Source of the DNA: an uncultured Planctomycetales bacterium
Lineage (GTDB): Bacteria > Planctomycetota > Phycisphaerae > UBA1845 > Fen-1342
Length of the DNA stretch: 56,204 nucleotides
Direction of reading: 5' to 3'
NCBI GenBank assembly: GCA_964647015.1
Contig: CAZYGM010000001.1
Coordinates: 1-56,204 of the forward strand
Below the pieces are notes generated by a model. It saw only the letters and a list, made by a program, of their open reading frames with translations, searched no databases and was not told where the DNA came from. Of this stretch, positions 47,531 through 56,204 are shown in pieces. Made by a program: the position numbers and the translations under genes. The number at the start of each line of letters is the position of its first letter. Position 1 is the first letter of the stretch.

Positions 47531-49387
47531 GTGGATGGTCTACCCAGGAGGATGCTGACAGTGCGCGACACCACCGCAGTAATCGGTCTCGTGTTCTGCC
47601 TCTTCATCGCAAACCAGGCCGCGGCCGAGGTCACGCCCGAACACCCCAGCCCGGCGTTCTTGCGGCCGCTGCTGCTCAAGCCAAACCCGCTGCTGGTCAG
47701 CGTGGAAGTTCTGTCGCCCTCCATCGACTGGGCCACCATCACCGACGTCAAGGTGGCGGACTTCGATGACGATGGACGAAATGACCTCGCGGTCGCGTGG
47801 TTCTCCACCGACTTCCAGGACCTCATCCACAACAGTCGCCGAATGCTCTCCATCTTCTTTGGCGACGGCGCGGGTTTCCGACCGGCGCAGCACTACGACC
47901 TGTATATCCCTGACGCCGCCTGCCCGGCCATGTCGGTCTTTCGCTTTGGAACGTCCACGATCGGCGTGGGCGATTTCGACGGCGACGGCGACCTCGATCT
48001 GGCCGTGCTGGCGTTCTTCGGCGACGAGATCTGGTTCCTGGAGAACCGCGGTGACGGCACGTTTGAGCAGCACCTGCGGTTCCTTTTCGGTGTCAACACT
48101 GCCGGCAATTTCGTTACGCCTCCCGCAGCTTACGGCGTTGACTTCGATGGTGACGGGCGCGACGAACTGGTCTACTTGCTTGATCCAATCATGCAGATCG
48201 AGCAGCGCACGATCCATTTCTGGCGCACGGAGGGAGCCATTGCTGACATCTACCGGCCCGACTGGCGCTCCACGAGCGACGTATTCGTGCAATGGACGCG
48301 CGCCATGGCCATCGGCGACTTCGACGGCGACGGCAAGCTGGACATCTGCTTCTCCGGCTCGGTCAATCCGCCGTTAGAAGACGATCCCATGCTGACCGTC
48401 TGGCACAGTTTCAACCCGGCCAGCGGGCTCTTCGCCGTTAAACACATCGTGCCCTCATTCCTCTGCTCGGACGTGGCGTCTGCAACGCTTCCGGGCCACG
48501 GACTGCCCAGCCTTATCCTGACCGACCTGGATGGAACCGCGATGGAGTGCTGGGTCAATCAGCACTCCGGCCAGATCGATTTCGCGCTGGCGGCGCAGTT
48601 GGACGGTTATGCCGGTCTTTCACCCGGCCGCGGCGTCGCGGCCGTCGTGGCAGACGTGAATGGCGACGGAAACCCCGACCTGGTCACCAAGCAGGGCGTC
48701 GGCACCATCGGTGACGCGCGGCAGGTCGAAGTAACCCTGTCCAACGGCTTGGGAACCACCTGGTGGATCGCGACACCGCCCACCCTCGACTCCACCGGTC
48801 TATGCACCGATCCCTCATCCCAGATTCTAAGACCGCGCAACCTGGCAGTTGCCGATCTTTGGGGCAACACGCTGCCGGAGATCGTGACCGGATTCGGGCA
48901 CGCCGGGGCCGGTACGCCCGGCGGCGGATCGGGCGGCTGGCTGCACCTGGCCATCTGGGAGAACAGTTGCATCGGCGACGTGAACCGCGACGGCATGACC
49001 AGCGGTCGCGATGCCAGCATCGTTGCCCGGGCCATGGGCAAAACGGCTGGCGCGCCGGGCTTCGTTCCCGATGCCGATATCGACAAGGACGGGGCCATCA
49101 CCACGCAGGACCTGCAAATCGTCTTGGCCGACCTGGGCTGCGTCGCGCGCGTGCCTGGCCCGATCGCCGCGTGTGCCGGCCAACTACCCGGTGACGCCAA
49201 CTGCGACGGCGCGCTTAACGCCCTCGATATCATGGCCTTCGAGTTCGGTCGGCATGCTGGTCAGACCGCTTGGAATGCAACCTACGGCGACGCGGGCTGC
49301 GACTACGACGGCGCGCTGGACGTGAACGGTGACGGCGTCATCGACGCCTGGGACATCGACATGCTGGTGCTGCTGCTGACCCGCTGA
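47531..49387 (+). CDS. FG-GAP/VCBS repeat protein with C-terminal dockerin-like EF-hand repeats
   Basis: Repeated GDFDGDGDLDLAV, VDFDGDGRDELV, GDFDGDGKLDI and ADVNGDGNPDLV. The C-terminal pairs DVNRDG..., DIDKDGAITTQDL, DANCDGALNALD and DVNGDGVIDAWD are dockerin type I-like. The start is uncertain (47531, 47552 or 47561). Confidence 0.8.
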   Translation: MDGLPRRMLTVRDTTAVIGLVFCLFIANQAAAEVTPEHPSPAFLRPLLLKPNPLLVSVEVLSPSIDWATITDVKVADFDDDGRNDLAVAWFSTDFQDLIHNSRRMLSIFFGDGAGFRPAQHYDLYIPDAACPAMSVFRFGTSTIGVGDFDGDGDLDLAVLAFFGDEIWFLENRGDGTFEQHLRFLFGVNTAGNFVTPPAAYGVDFDGDGRDELVYLLDPIMQIEQRTIHFWRTEGAIADIYRPDWRSTSDVFVQWTRAMAIGDFDGDGKLDICFSGSVNPPLEDDPMLTVWHSFNPASGLFAVKHIVPSFLCSDVASATLPGHGLPSLILTDLDGTAMECWVNQHSGQIDFALAAQLDGYAGLSPGRGVAAVVADVNGDGNPDLVTKQGVGTIGDARQVEVTLSNGLGTTWWIATPPTLDSTGLCTDPSSQILRPRNLAVADLWGNTLPEIVTGFGHAGAGTPGGGSGGWLHLAIWENSCIGDVNRDGMTSGRDASIVARAMGKTAGAPGFVPDADIDKDGAITTQDLQIVLADLGCVARVPGPIAACAGQLPGDANCDGALNALDIMAFEFGRHAGQTAWNATYGDAGCDYDGALDVNGDGVIDAWDIDMLVLLLTR

Positions 49388-49419
49388 GGCGGCCGGCTGC
49401 CGATCACGCCGGCCGGCCA

Positions 49420-52400
49420 TCATCCGACGATCAGGTTCAGCAGCCGCCCCTTGACTACGATTACCCGCTTGATCTGCTTGCCGCCCAGGGCGCGCGCTAC
49501 CACTGGGTCAGCGCTGGCGGCGGCGGTCAACGTTGCCTCGTCCGCCGCGGCGGGCACGCGCAGCCGGCCACGCACCTTGCCGTTGATCTGGACCGCAATC
49601 TCGACCGACTCGTCCACTGTCAAGGCCTGATCATACGTCGGCCAGGGCGCGCCGCCGATCGATCCGTCGGCACCCAGGCGTTGCCACAGCTCCTCAGCGA
49701 TGTGCGGGGCGAACGGCGCCAGGACCTGCAGGAACCGCGTGCACTGATCGCGTCCCACGGTCGCGGCCCGCCCGGCCTCGTTGACCCACACAATCATCTG
49801 GGCGATGGCGGTGTTGAGCGCGAAGCGCTGGATGTCCTCCTGGACCTTCCTGATCGTCTTGTGCAGCAGCCGCTCCAGATCGGCATTCCGCTCCGCCACT
49901 ATCTTGGGGTTGATGCGCCAAGCCGCCTCCGGGGCAGTCTCATCCACCGGCTGTACTATCAACCGCCAGACCCGGTGCAGAAAACGGTGCACGCCGATGA
50001 TGTCACGCGTGTTCCAGGGCTTGCTGGACTCCAGCGGCCCCATGTACATCTCGTACAGGCGCAGCGTGTCGGCCCCATACTCCGCGATGATCTGATCGGG
50101 ATTCACCACGTTCTTCAGCGTCTTCGACATCTTCGCGACGCTTTCGACCAGCTTCGCGCCGGTCGCGCGATGGTAGGCGCCGTCCTCGCGAAACTCGATG
50201 TCGTCGTAGTGCACGTATACGCCGCGCGCGTCCTGATAGGCATACGCCGTGATCATGCCCTGGTTAAACAACTTCTGGAACGGCTCGGGCGTCGAGAGGT
50301 AGCCGAGATCGTACAACACCTTGTGCCAGAAGCGCGCGTACAGCAGGTGCAGCACCGCGTGCTCGGCCCCACCCATATACAAATCCACCGCCCCCGCCCG
50401 CGGTCGCCCATCCGGCGTCCGCCCGCCCAGCCAGTAACGCTCAGCTTCGCGACCAAGAAACGCGGCGTCGTTGCGCGCGTCGCAGAACCGCGCGTAGTAC
50501 CAGCACGAACCCGCCCACTGCGGCATCGTGCTCAACTCACGCCGGTAACTTGCCCCATTGCGCTCCACAACCTGCCATTCCTTGGCGCGTGACAACGGCG
50601 TCCGCGGCTCCGCATCCGGGTCATCACTGGCGTCCGGCCGGAAATCCTCCATCTCCGGCAAGCGCACCGGCAGTTCGGCTTCGGCCACCGGCTCAATCTC
50701 ACCATCCGGACGGTACAGGATCGGAAATGGCTCGCCCCAGTAACGCTGTCGAGAGAACAGCCAGTCGCGCAGCTTGTACTGCACCGTGCCCTCGCCCAGA
50801 TCGCAGCGCTCCAGCCACTCCGTGATGGTGCGCTTGGCTGCCGCCGTGGCCAGCCCGTTCAGGTTGCTCTGCCCGGTGAAAGGCTCGGTCCAATCAGAGG
50901 GCGAATTGGCGTTGTACCCCGCATCGACAAACGCCTCGCCCGCCTCCGCGTAGAAGCTGGCGTGCCGGAAGCGCTCGCGCAAGGCGGCGAAGTCTCCGAG
51001 CCGCAACACCCGCAAGACGTCGGACCAGCGCACGTCCTCGTGGCCCAGTTCAGCGACCGCGCAACCCGGCAACTGCCGCAGCGCCTCCTCACCACAGAGC
51101 TCCGCTGCCGGACTGGGTGCACCGCGCCAACGTGCCAGTGTCCGTTCCAGCAGGGCTGCAAACTCCCCGGGAACCGCCTCCTGTGCCACGACCTCGTGCA
51201 GGAACTCCGTCAAGGCCGCCTGCCACGCGCCATCGGCCTGCGCCTCCGGCGGCGCCGCCTCCGCGAAGTACGCCAGCGCCGCCACTACGGGCGGGTATAC
51301 CACGTCACGAATCGGCAGGCCGAAGGCCTTGGAGAACTCGAAGTCGCGCTGGTCATGGGCCGGCACGGACATGATCGAGCCGGTGCCGTAGCCCATCAGT
51401 ACGTAGTCCGCCACCCAGATCGGCACGCGCTCCCGATTCACCGGGTTGATGGCATACGCACCGGTGAACACGCCCGTCTTCGTCTTGGTGTCAGCGGTGC
51501 GATCCAGATCCGACTTCTGGCCGGCCTGCCGCACGTACGCGTCGACGGCCGCCCGCTGGGCAGCGCTGGTGATAATTGGAACCAGCCGGTGCTCGGGCGC
51601 CAACACCATGTAAGTCGCGCCGAACAGCGTGTCCGGGCGGGTCGTGAAAACGCGGATGACGTTCTGGCCCAGCTCACCCTCGGCGTCCAGCCGGAAGTCA
51701 ACGTAGGCCCCCTCACTGCGACCGATCCAGTTGCGCTGCATCAGCTTGATCGGCTCGGGCCATTCCAACTCATCCAGGTCGTTCAGTAGCCGCTGGGCGT
51801 ACTCCGTGATGCGCAGCATCCACTGCCGCATCGGCCGCCGGTAGACCGGGTGGTTGCCGCGGTCGCTGCGCCCCTCGTTGGTGACCTCTTCGTTGGAGAG
51901 TACTGTCCCCAGGGCCGGACACCAGTTGACCGGCACTTCCGCCAGGTAAGCCAGGCGATGTTCGGCCTGGTACGCCTCGATGGCCGGTTGACCCTGGTCG
52001 CGTATTTCCGCCGGAATCGGCAGCTTCTCGATGGGGCGGGCCGCGCCCACCACGTGTCGGCCGTCCGCGTCGGTCCAGCGCCATTCCGGGTCATACCACG
52101 AATTGTAGATCTTCAGGAAGATCCATTGGGTCCAGCGGTAGTAATCAGCCTCGCAAGTGGCCAACTCGCGGCTCCAGTCATAACCGAGCCCGATCAGCCG
52201 CATCTGTTGCTTGTAGGTAGCGATATTCTTCCGCGTCGTCTCGGCCGGGTGCACGCCGGTCTCGACTGCGTATTGCTCCGCCGGCAAGCCGAACGCGTCC
52301 CAGCCCATTGGGTGCAGCACGTTGTAGCCGCGCGCCCGCATGAAGCGCGCGATGATGTCCGAGGCGATGTAGCCCAGCGGATGCCCCACGTGCAACCCGG

Positions 52401-52551
52401 CCCCCGACGGGTAGGGGAAGAAATCCAGCACGTAGAACTTCGGCCGGTTGCTGCCCGGCTCACCCGGGTTGGCCGCCCGAAAGGCCCCGTGCTCCTCCCA
52501 ACGCGCCTGCCATTTCGGCTCGATCTCGCGAAACGTGTAACTCGCGCTCAT
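49420..52551 (-). CDS. leuS: Leucine--tRNA ligase (long form, 1043 aa)
   Basis: MSASYTFREIEPKWQARWEE, HVGH (HIGH) motif in PYPSGAGLHVGHPLGY, KMSKT (KMSKS), and the CP1 editing domain. Start at ATG 52551. Confidence 0.95.
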   Translation of the reverse strand: MSASYTFREIEPKWQARWEEHGAFRAANPGEPGSNRPKFYVLDFFPYPSGAGLHVGHPLGYIASDIIARFMRARGYNVLHPMGWDAFGLPAEQYAVETGVHPAETTRKNIATYKQQMRLIGLGYDWSRELATCEADYYRWTQWIFLKIYNSWYDPEWRWTDADGRHVVGAARPIEKLPIPAEIRDQGQPAIEAYQAEHRLAYLAEVPVNWCPALGTVLSNEEVTNEGRSDRGNHPVYRRPMRQWMLRITEYAQRLLNDLDELEWPEPIKLMQRNWIGRSEGAYVDFRLDAEGELGQNVIRVFTTRPDTLFGATYMVLAPEHRLVPIITSAAQRAAVDAYVRQAGQKSDLDRTADTKTKTGVFTGAYAINPVNRERVPIWVADYVLMGYGTGSIMSVPAHDQRDFEFSKAFGLPIRDVVYPPVVAALAYFAEAAPPEAQADGAWQAALTEFLHEVVAQEAVPGEFAALLERTLARWRGAPSPAAELCGEEALRQLPGCAVAELGHEDVRWSDVLRVLRLGDFAALRERFRHASFYAEAGEAFVDAGYNANSPSDWTEPFTGQSNLNGLATAAAKRTITEWLERCDLGEGTVQYKLRDWLFSRQRYWGEPFPILYRPDGEIEPVAEAELPVRLPEMEDFRPDASDDPDAEPRTPLSRAKEWQVVERNGASYRRELSTMPQWAGSCWYYARFCDARNDAAFLGREAERYWLGGRTPDGRPRAGAVDLYMGGAEHAVLHLLYARFWHKVLYDLGYLSTPEPFQKLFNQGMITAYAYQDARGVYVHYDDIEFREDGAYHRATGAKLVESVAKMSKTLKNVVNPDQIIAEYGADTLRLYEMYMGPLESSKPWNTRDIIGVHRFLHRVWRLIVQPVDETAPEAAWRINPKIVAERNADLERLLHKTIRKVQEDIQRFALNTAIAQMIVWVNEAGRAATVGRDQCTRFLQVLAPFAPHIAEELWQRLGADGSIGGAPWPTYDQALTVDESVEIAVQINGKVRGRLRVPAAADEATLTAAASADPVVARALGGKQIKRVIVVKGRLLNLIVG

Positions 52552-52661
52552 GCAAAGCTTCCCAGGAACCGGCAGCACTCAGGCGGCACCCAGAGCCGCC
52601 CGCAGCCAGCCGAGCGTAGCTCGCCCCACGGTGCGATTCAACGTCCGGGCCCGCCGCCCGC

Positions 52662-54680
52662 CTACGACTCCTCGGCCGCCGCTTCGTCCGCTGGCTGATC
52701 GATATCCTCCGGCGGCAGCGCGGGCACGAAGCCGCAGCGCTGGTAAATGTTCTCAGGTCGTAGCCAGGCCGACATCACGGCCCGTCCGGCCTCCGCGCCC
52801 GGCGGCCCCAACAGCGCTGCCCGCTGCTGCGCGAATTGTCCCTCGTACAGCGGTTCGACACTGTCCACCTGAACCGTCACCCACTTGTACAGATTGGCGA
52901 TACTCACGACTGCGACGGTGTGCCCCGTGCCGCTGCCCGGCGGCTGCTGCTCCGCCAGCTTGAAAGCCTCGCGCTGCACCTTCTGCGAACTCTCCGACAC
53001 CCACTGCAAAGACGATGACATGCGTGTGAACGGGCGTGTCGGAACGTTGGGGCCGAAATGCTGAACGTACTGCGGCTTGCCGCGCGCGGCCTGCTCCTGA
53101 TCAGCCGGCGGCGTCCAGTTTTCGTCCGCCGTCTGGAGCAGCGCCTTGAGCTCCGTCATGCCGGCGGCCGCCGCCGCCAACCCCTCGACGCGCGCCCGCG
53201 CGCCAAGCTCCTCGGCATAGCGCCCGGCCAGTTCATAGGCCTTCAGCAACCGGTAGTCGGCCACTACCTGGTCACGCACTTCGTCCAGCGACGTCGGCGG
53301 CCCGCTCGGCTGAACCTCCACGACGCGGAATACATACGCCTGGTAAGGATCTTCCGGCCCGCGCAGCGTGCCATCCTGCGTGCGGTTCTGCAGAAGATCG
53401 CTCGGCTCCAGGGGCCGCAGTACGGGCAAGCGCTCGTCCGGCGCGGGCTTGATCAACCCTTCGACCCGAAAGGCCAGCTCCGACAGCGGCACTATCGTCT
53501 GTCCCTGCACGTACAGCGGCTCGGGCGAGCCTTGCGGCCCCATGTACTGCTTCAGCAAGGCCGGACGTGTATCCAGCTTATTCCGCAGGCCTTCCTCATC
53601 AAGCAGATCAAGCTGCACGTAAGTGACCTGGTACCGACCGGCGAACTTGTCGGGCACGTCCGCGAAGGGTGTGAGCATCTCGATCGGAGGCACCGCCCGA
53701 AAACCATCCCGGTCACGCGGCTGCGTCATCCAGGGCTGGTAGACCAGTTGCCGAACCTCGTTCATCAGGCCCTGGGCCTCGCGGATGGCCTTTTCGCGGC
53801 GCCAGTCGGCACGCGCCTGCTCGCGCGCCTCCTCGTACGTCATGGGCACGCGGATCTGATCCGCCGACTCCGCTCCCGATGTCGCCACCATCTTGGTGTA
53901 GTTCCCGGCATGCTCTTCGAAGAACTGCTGGACCTCCCGCTCGCTGATGCGCACCCGCGGCTCGATTTGCTTCGGATCTACCGTCAGGTACTCAATGCGC
54001 ACGCGGTCAGACAACCGGTAGCCGAATACCAGCTCGTCCTCGGTGTGTTCCGCCGTGCGTCCCTTGTGCTCCTCGAAGAAGGCCAGCAACTCCTCCTCCG
54101 TCGGGTCGGGCACCTCACTGAGCAGTGCGCGGGCGTCGATGACGGACAGCTTCACCGCCGCCTTCTGCTGCTGATAGCGGAAATCCAGTTCCGCGCGTGG
54201 CAGACTGCTGCCAAAGGCCTGCATTTGGCTGGCCACCAACTGCTCGACCGCCAGCCACTCCCCGACGACCTCGCAGATTTGGTTGTAGCTCATGTTGGTG
54301 CGCTGCTGCTGGCGGCTCAGCAGTTCCGCGATGAACTCGGGCTCAGGGGCGCGGCGGAACATCGCCATGACTTCATCACGCCCGACGCGCACGCCCATCT
54401 GGCGGGCTTCCTCCAGCAGCAGATGCAGATCCAGAACGTTTACCAGGGACGCATTGCGGATGCCCAGTCCGCGCAACAACTCCAGCTTCCGCTGCGCGCG
54501 GGCCAGGTCGCCGGAGTCGATCTGCCGGCCGAACGCCTGCCCGAAGACGTCGGCCCGCTCGGAACGCTGGCGGGCCCACTCTTCCAACTGCGGCCCGATC
54601 AAGAATACGATCAGCAGCAGTGACATGAAGACCATCAACAATACGCGGGCGTTTTTGCGAAACAGCTTGGTCAGACGCAT
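52662..54680 (-). CDS. Membrane-anchored periplasmic chaperone, PpiD/SurA-N-like
   Basis: N-terminal anchor VLLMVFMSLLLIVFLIGPQ, followed by a long helical region resembling the SurA-N/PpiD chaperone module. I saw no clear parvulin motif. Confidence 0.55.
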   Translation of the reverse strand: MRLTKLFRKNARVLLMVFMSLLLIVFLIGPQLEEWARQRSERADVFGQAFGRQIDSGDLARAQRKLELLRGLGIRNASLVNVLDLHLLLEEARQMGVRVGRDEVMAMFRRAPEPEFIAELLSRQQQRTNMSYNQICEVVGEWLAVEQLVASQMQAFGSSLPRAELDFRYQQQKAAVKLSVIDARALLSEVPDPTEEELLAFFEEHKGRTAEHTEDELVFGYRLSDRVRIEYLTVDPKQIEPRVRISEREVQQFFEEHAGNYTKMVATSGAESADQIRVPMTYEEAREQARADWRREKAIREAQGLMNEVRQLVYQPWMTQPRDRDGFRAVPPIEMLTPFADVPDKFAGRYQVTYVQLDLLDEEGLRNKLDTRPALLKQYMGPQGSPEPLYVQGQTIVPLSELAFRVEGLIKPAPDERLPVLRPLEPSDLLQNRTQDGTLRGPEDPYQAYVFRVVEVQPSGPPTSLDEVRDQVVADYRLLKAYELAGRYAEELGARARVEGLAAAAAGMTELKALLQTADENWTPPADQEQAARGKPQYVQHFGPNVPTRPFTRMSSSLQWVSESSQKVQREAFKLAEQQPPGSGTGHTVAVVSIANLYKWVTVQVDSVEPLYEGQFAQQRAALLGPPGAEAGRAVMSAWLRPENIYQRCGFVPALPPEDIDQPADEAAAEES

Positions 54681-54926
54681 GACTCTTGGTCCCGTCAGTA
54701 CGCTAAGTTATCGGTGATCGCCGCACTCTGGCGACAGTCCGTCTATCATACGGGACACCCGCCGCAAAACAAGGCCGCGTCGAGGCCGGGCGAGGCCGCA
54801 CCGGCGACGGCCGATAAGGCCCCGGGCGCCACCGCTTGTCCCGCTTTTCCCATATTCTCATTTGCCGTCCGCCCGTGCCGTTTTGTACGCTTACCTGAGA
54901 ATGCAGCATTGTTTGGGAGGGTAGCC

Positions 54927-55112
54927 ATGCGACCCGCTAGACGCTTCGCCTTCACTGCCAACCGGTTTATCCGTCAGGAGGACGGCCCGACCGCGGTCGA
55001 GTATGCCGTCATGTTGGCCCTGGTACTGGTGGTGGTGATGACGGGCGTCACACTGCTGAGCGACAAGGTCAACGGCATCTACGAGAATATGGCGGGCATC
55101 TTCGGCCTCTGA
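54927..55112 (+). CDS. flp: Flp family type IVb pilin
   Basis: 61 aa. QEDG/PTAVEYAVMLALVLVVVM matches the Flp motif (G/xxAxEYxxxxxxxxxxxx). GGGAGG 6 nt upstream of the ATG. Confidence 0.8.
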   Translation: MRPARRFAFTANRFIRQEDGPTAVEYAVMLALVLVVVMTGVTLLSDKVNGIYENMAGIFGL

Positions 55113-55248
55113 TGCCGCCAAAGCCGCGCTGCTGCCGTGCCACGCCGGCCCGCGGGGGCGAGGGCCGGGGGTGGCCGGCGCGCAAACACGGCCCGGTCGC
55201 CAGGCGTCCGGGCCGTCCACGTCCAATGCCGTCAGCGTCGCCGGGGCG

Positions 55249-56199
55249 TCAGGCCCGCGGGTGCGACTTGTCGTACGATTTGCGGGCGGTTTCACCACTC
55301 AGATGCGTGTAGATCTGCGTTGTGCTCAGGCTCTGGTGCCCCAGCATCTCCTGCACGCTGCGCAGATCCGCCCCCTGCCGCAACATGTGCGTCGCGAAGC
55401 TGTGTCGCAACGTGTGCGGGCTGACCGACAGATCCAGGCCTGCTTCCAGCAGATACTTGTCCAGCTTCCGGCGTACGCTACGAGTGCTGAGCCGCTGGCC
55501 GTGCTTGTTAATGAACAGCGCCTCGGTGTCGAAGGCAGCGCTGCGGGCGTCATTGCGGCGCAGATCCAGGAAGTGCAGGATGGCCTGCACCGCCCCGGGC
55601 CCCAGCGGGATCATGCGCTGCTTCTTACCCTTACCGCGCACGCGAATGACACTGCTGGCCAGGTCCACGTCCGCGACGTTCAAGGCCACCAGTTCGCTTA
55701 CGCGCAGGCCGGTGGAATACAGTGTCTCCAGCATGGCCCGGTCACGCGCCCCTAACAGCGTGGTCGTGTCCGGATTGGCCAACAGCTTCTCAATCTGCTC
55801 GATGTCCAGGCATTTGGGCAAGCGCTTGTCCTGCTTGGGCGTGCGGATCGGCGCGACCGGGTTGTTGGCCAGGTAGCCACGTCTGACGAGGAACTTGTAG
55901 AAGCTGCGCAGCGTCGCCAGCTTCCGCGCCACCGTGCTCTTGCAGTAGTTCTTGTCCCGCAGCTTGGCCAGGAACTCCCGCACGGTTTCCGTCTCAACGA
56001 CCAGCAACCGCCGATTCAGTTCCTCACCGTTGAGCCCCGCCGACGTGCCGGCGCCCGGCTCGCCGCCGCCGTTGTTGCCGCCCTCCGACCCGGCCGCCAG
56101 GTGCTGGCAGAACTGCTGCAGGTCGGCCGTGTAGCACTTGGACGTGTGCGGCGAGAAGTGCCGCTCGGCACGCAGGTAGTTGATGAACTGCTGGATCAA
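55249..56199 (-). CDS. xerC: Tyrosine recombinase XerC/XerD family (possibly 5'-truncated by window edge)
   Basis: Catalytic residues in LYSTGLRVSELV, HTLRHSFATHML and LGHQSLSTTQIYTH. There is no stop between the TTG at 56199 and the window end. Confidence 0.85.
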   Translation of the reverse strand: MIQQFINYLRAERHFSPHTSKCYTADLQQFCQHLAAGSEGGNNGGGEPGAGTSAGLNGEELNRRLLVVETETVREFLAKLRDKNYCKSTVARKLATLRSFYKFLVRRGYLANNPVAPIRTPKQDKRLPKCLDIEQIEKLLANPDTTTLLGARDRAMLETLYSTGLRVSELVALNVADVDLASSVIRVRGKGKKQRMIPLGPGAVQAILHFLDLRRNDARSAAFDTEALFINKHGQRLSTRSVRRKLDKYLLEAGLDLSVSPHTLRHSFATHMLRQGADLRSVQEMLGHQSLSTTQIYTHLSGETARKSYDKSHPRA

Positions 56200-56204
56200 G
56201 CTGA

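Noticed and set aside
37741-49387. Genomic island integrated at tRNA-Arg (tRNA followed by surface-protein genes)
   Set aside because: There is no integrase next to the tRNA, and I could find no direct repeat of the tRNA 3' end downstream. The coding GC of the flanking genes is similar to the rest of the window.
53058-54623. 521-aa ORF on the plus strand
   Set aside because: Antisense to the PpiD-like chaperone gene. It is Arg/Leu/Gln-rich and repetitive with no motifs. The minus-strand product has a clean signal anchor and protein-like composition.
55249-56199. Tyrosine recombinase as evidence of a mobile element or phage
   Set aside because: The sequence fits housekeeping XerC/XerD (core-binding N-domain plus R..HxxR..Y). 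I saw no adjacent phage or IS genes and no terminal repeats.

Overview
This is a 56.2-kb, roughly 65% GC bacterial chromosomal segment. The gene content suggests the PVC superphylum, most likely Planctomycetota, but this is inference only. The indicators are a DUF1559-type prepilin-like protein, an FG-GAP/dockerin protein, DUF11 proteins resembling chlamydial OmcB, and very long intergenic spacers. I can support about 47 CDS, one tRNA-Arg(TCG), an rpmH gene missing from the ORF track, a fluoride riboswitch, one promoter/operator and one terminator-like hairpin. Layout: (1) plsY, nrdR plus a coupled ATP-cone paralog, an MBL hydrolase and methionine gamma-lyase (0.1-5.7 kb). (2) An orphan archaeal-type topoisomerase VI subunit A (6.0-7.2 kb). 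(3) Fluoride riboswitch-crcB-DUF190, a methyltransferase and mgtE (7.3-10.7 kb). (4) A 7.5-kb arsenic island running from arsR through a permease to arsC, arsM and acr3, with an embedded extracytoplasmic thiol/flavin redox module (10.9-18.4 kb). (5) An 8-haem cytochrome fused to a 5-TM anchor (18.6-21.1 kb). (6) pyrE and a gbsR-like regulator. (7) A compact tssJ-like/tssK/tssL/tssM/tagF operon (22.6-31.4 kb) with a 1617-aa TssM. No sheath, tube, spike, baseplate-wedge or ClpV genes occur anywhere in the window, and this is the most interesting feature. (8) glyQS, apbE, an SDR, tkt, rpmH and the tRNA. (9) Three tandem OmcB-like DUF11 surface proteins plus a LysM lipoprotein (38.1-45.1 kb). (10) A pseudopilin, the FG-GAP/dockerin protein, leuS, a PpiD-like chaperone, an flp pilin and a xerC-like recombinase. 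I saw no CRISPR array, IS element or rRNA. Many long ORFs in the supplied track are antisense or high-GC artefacts. All family assignments come from motif recognition by eye, and no database search was run.
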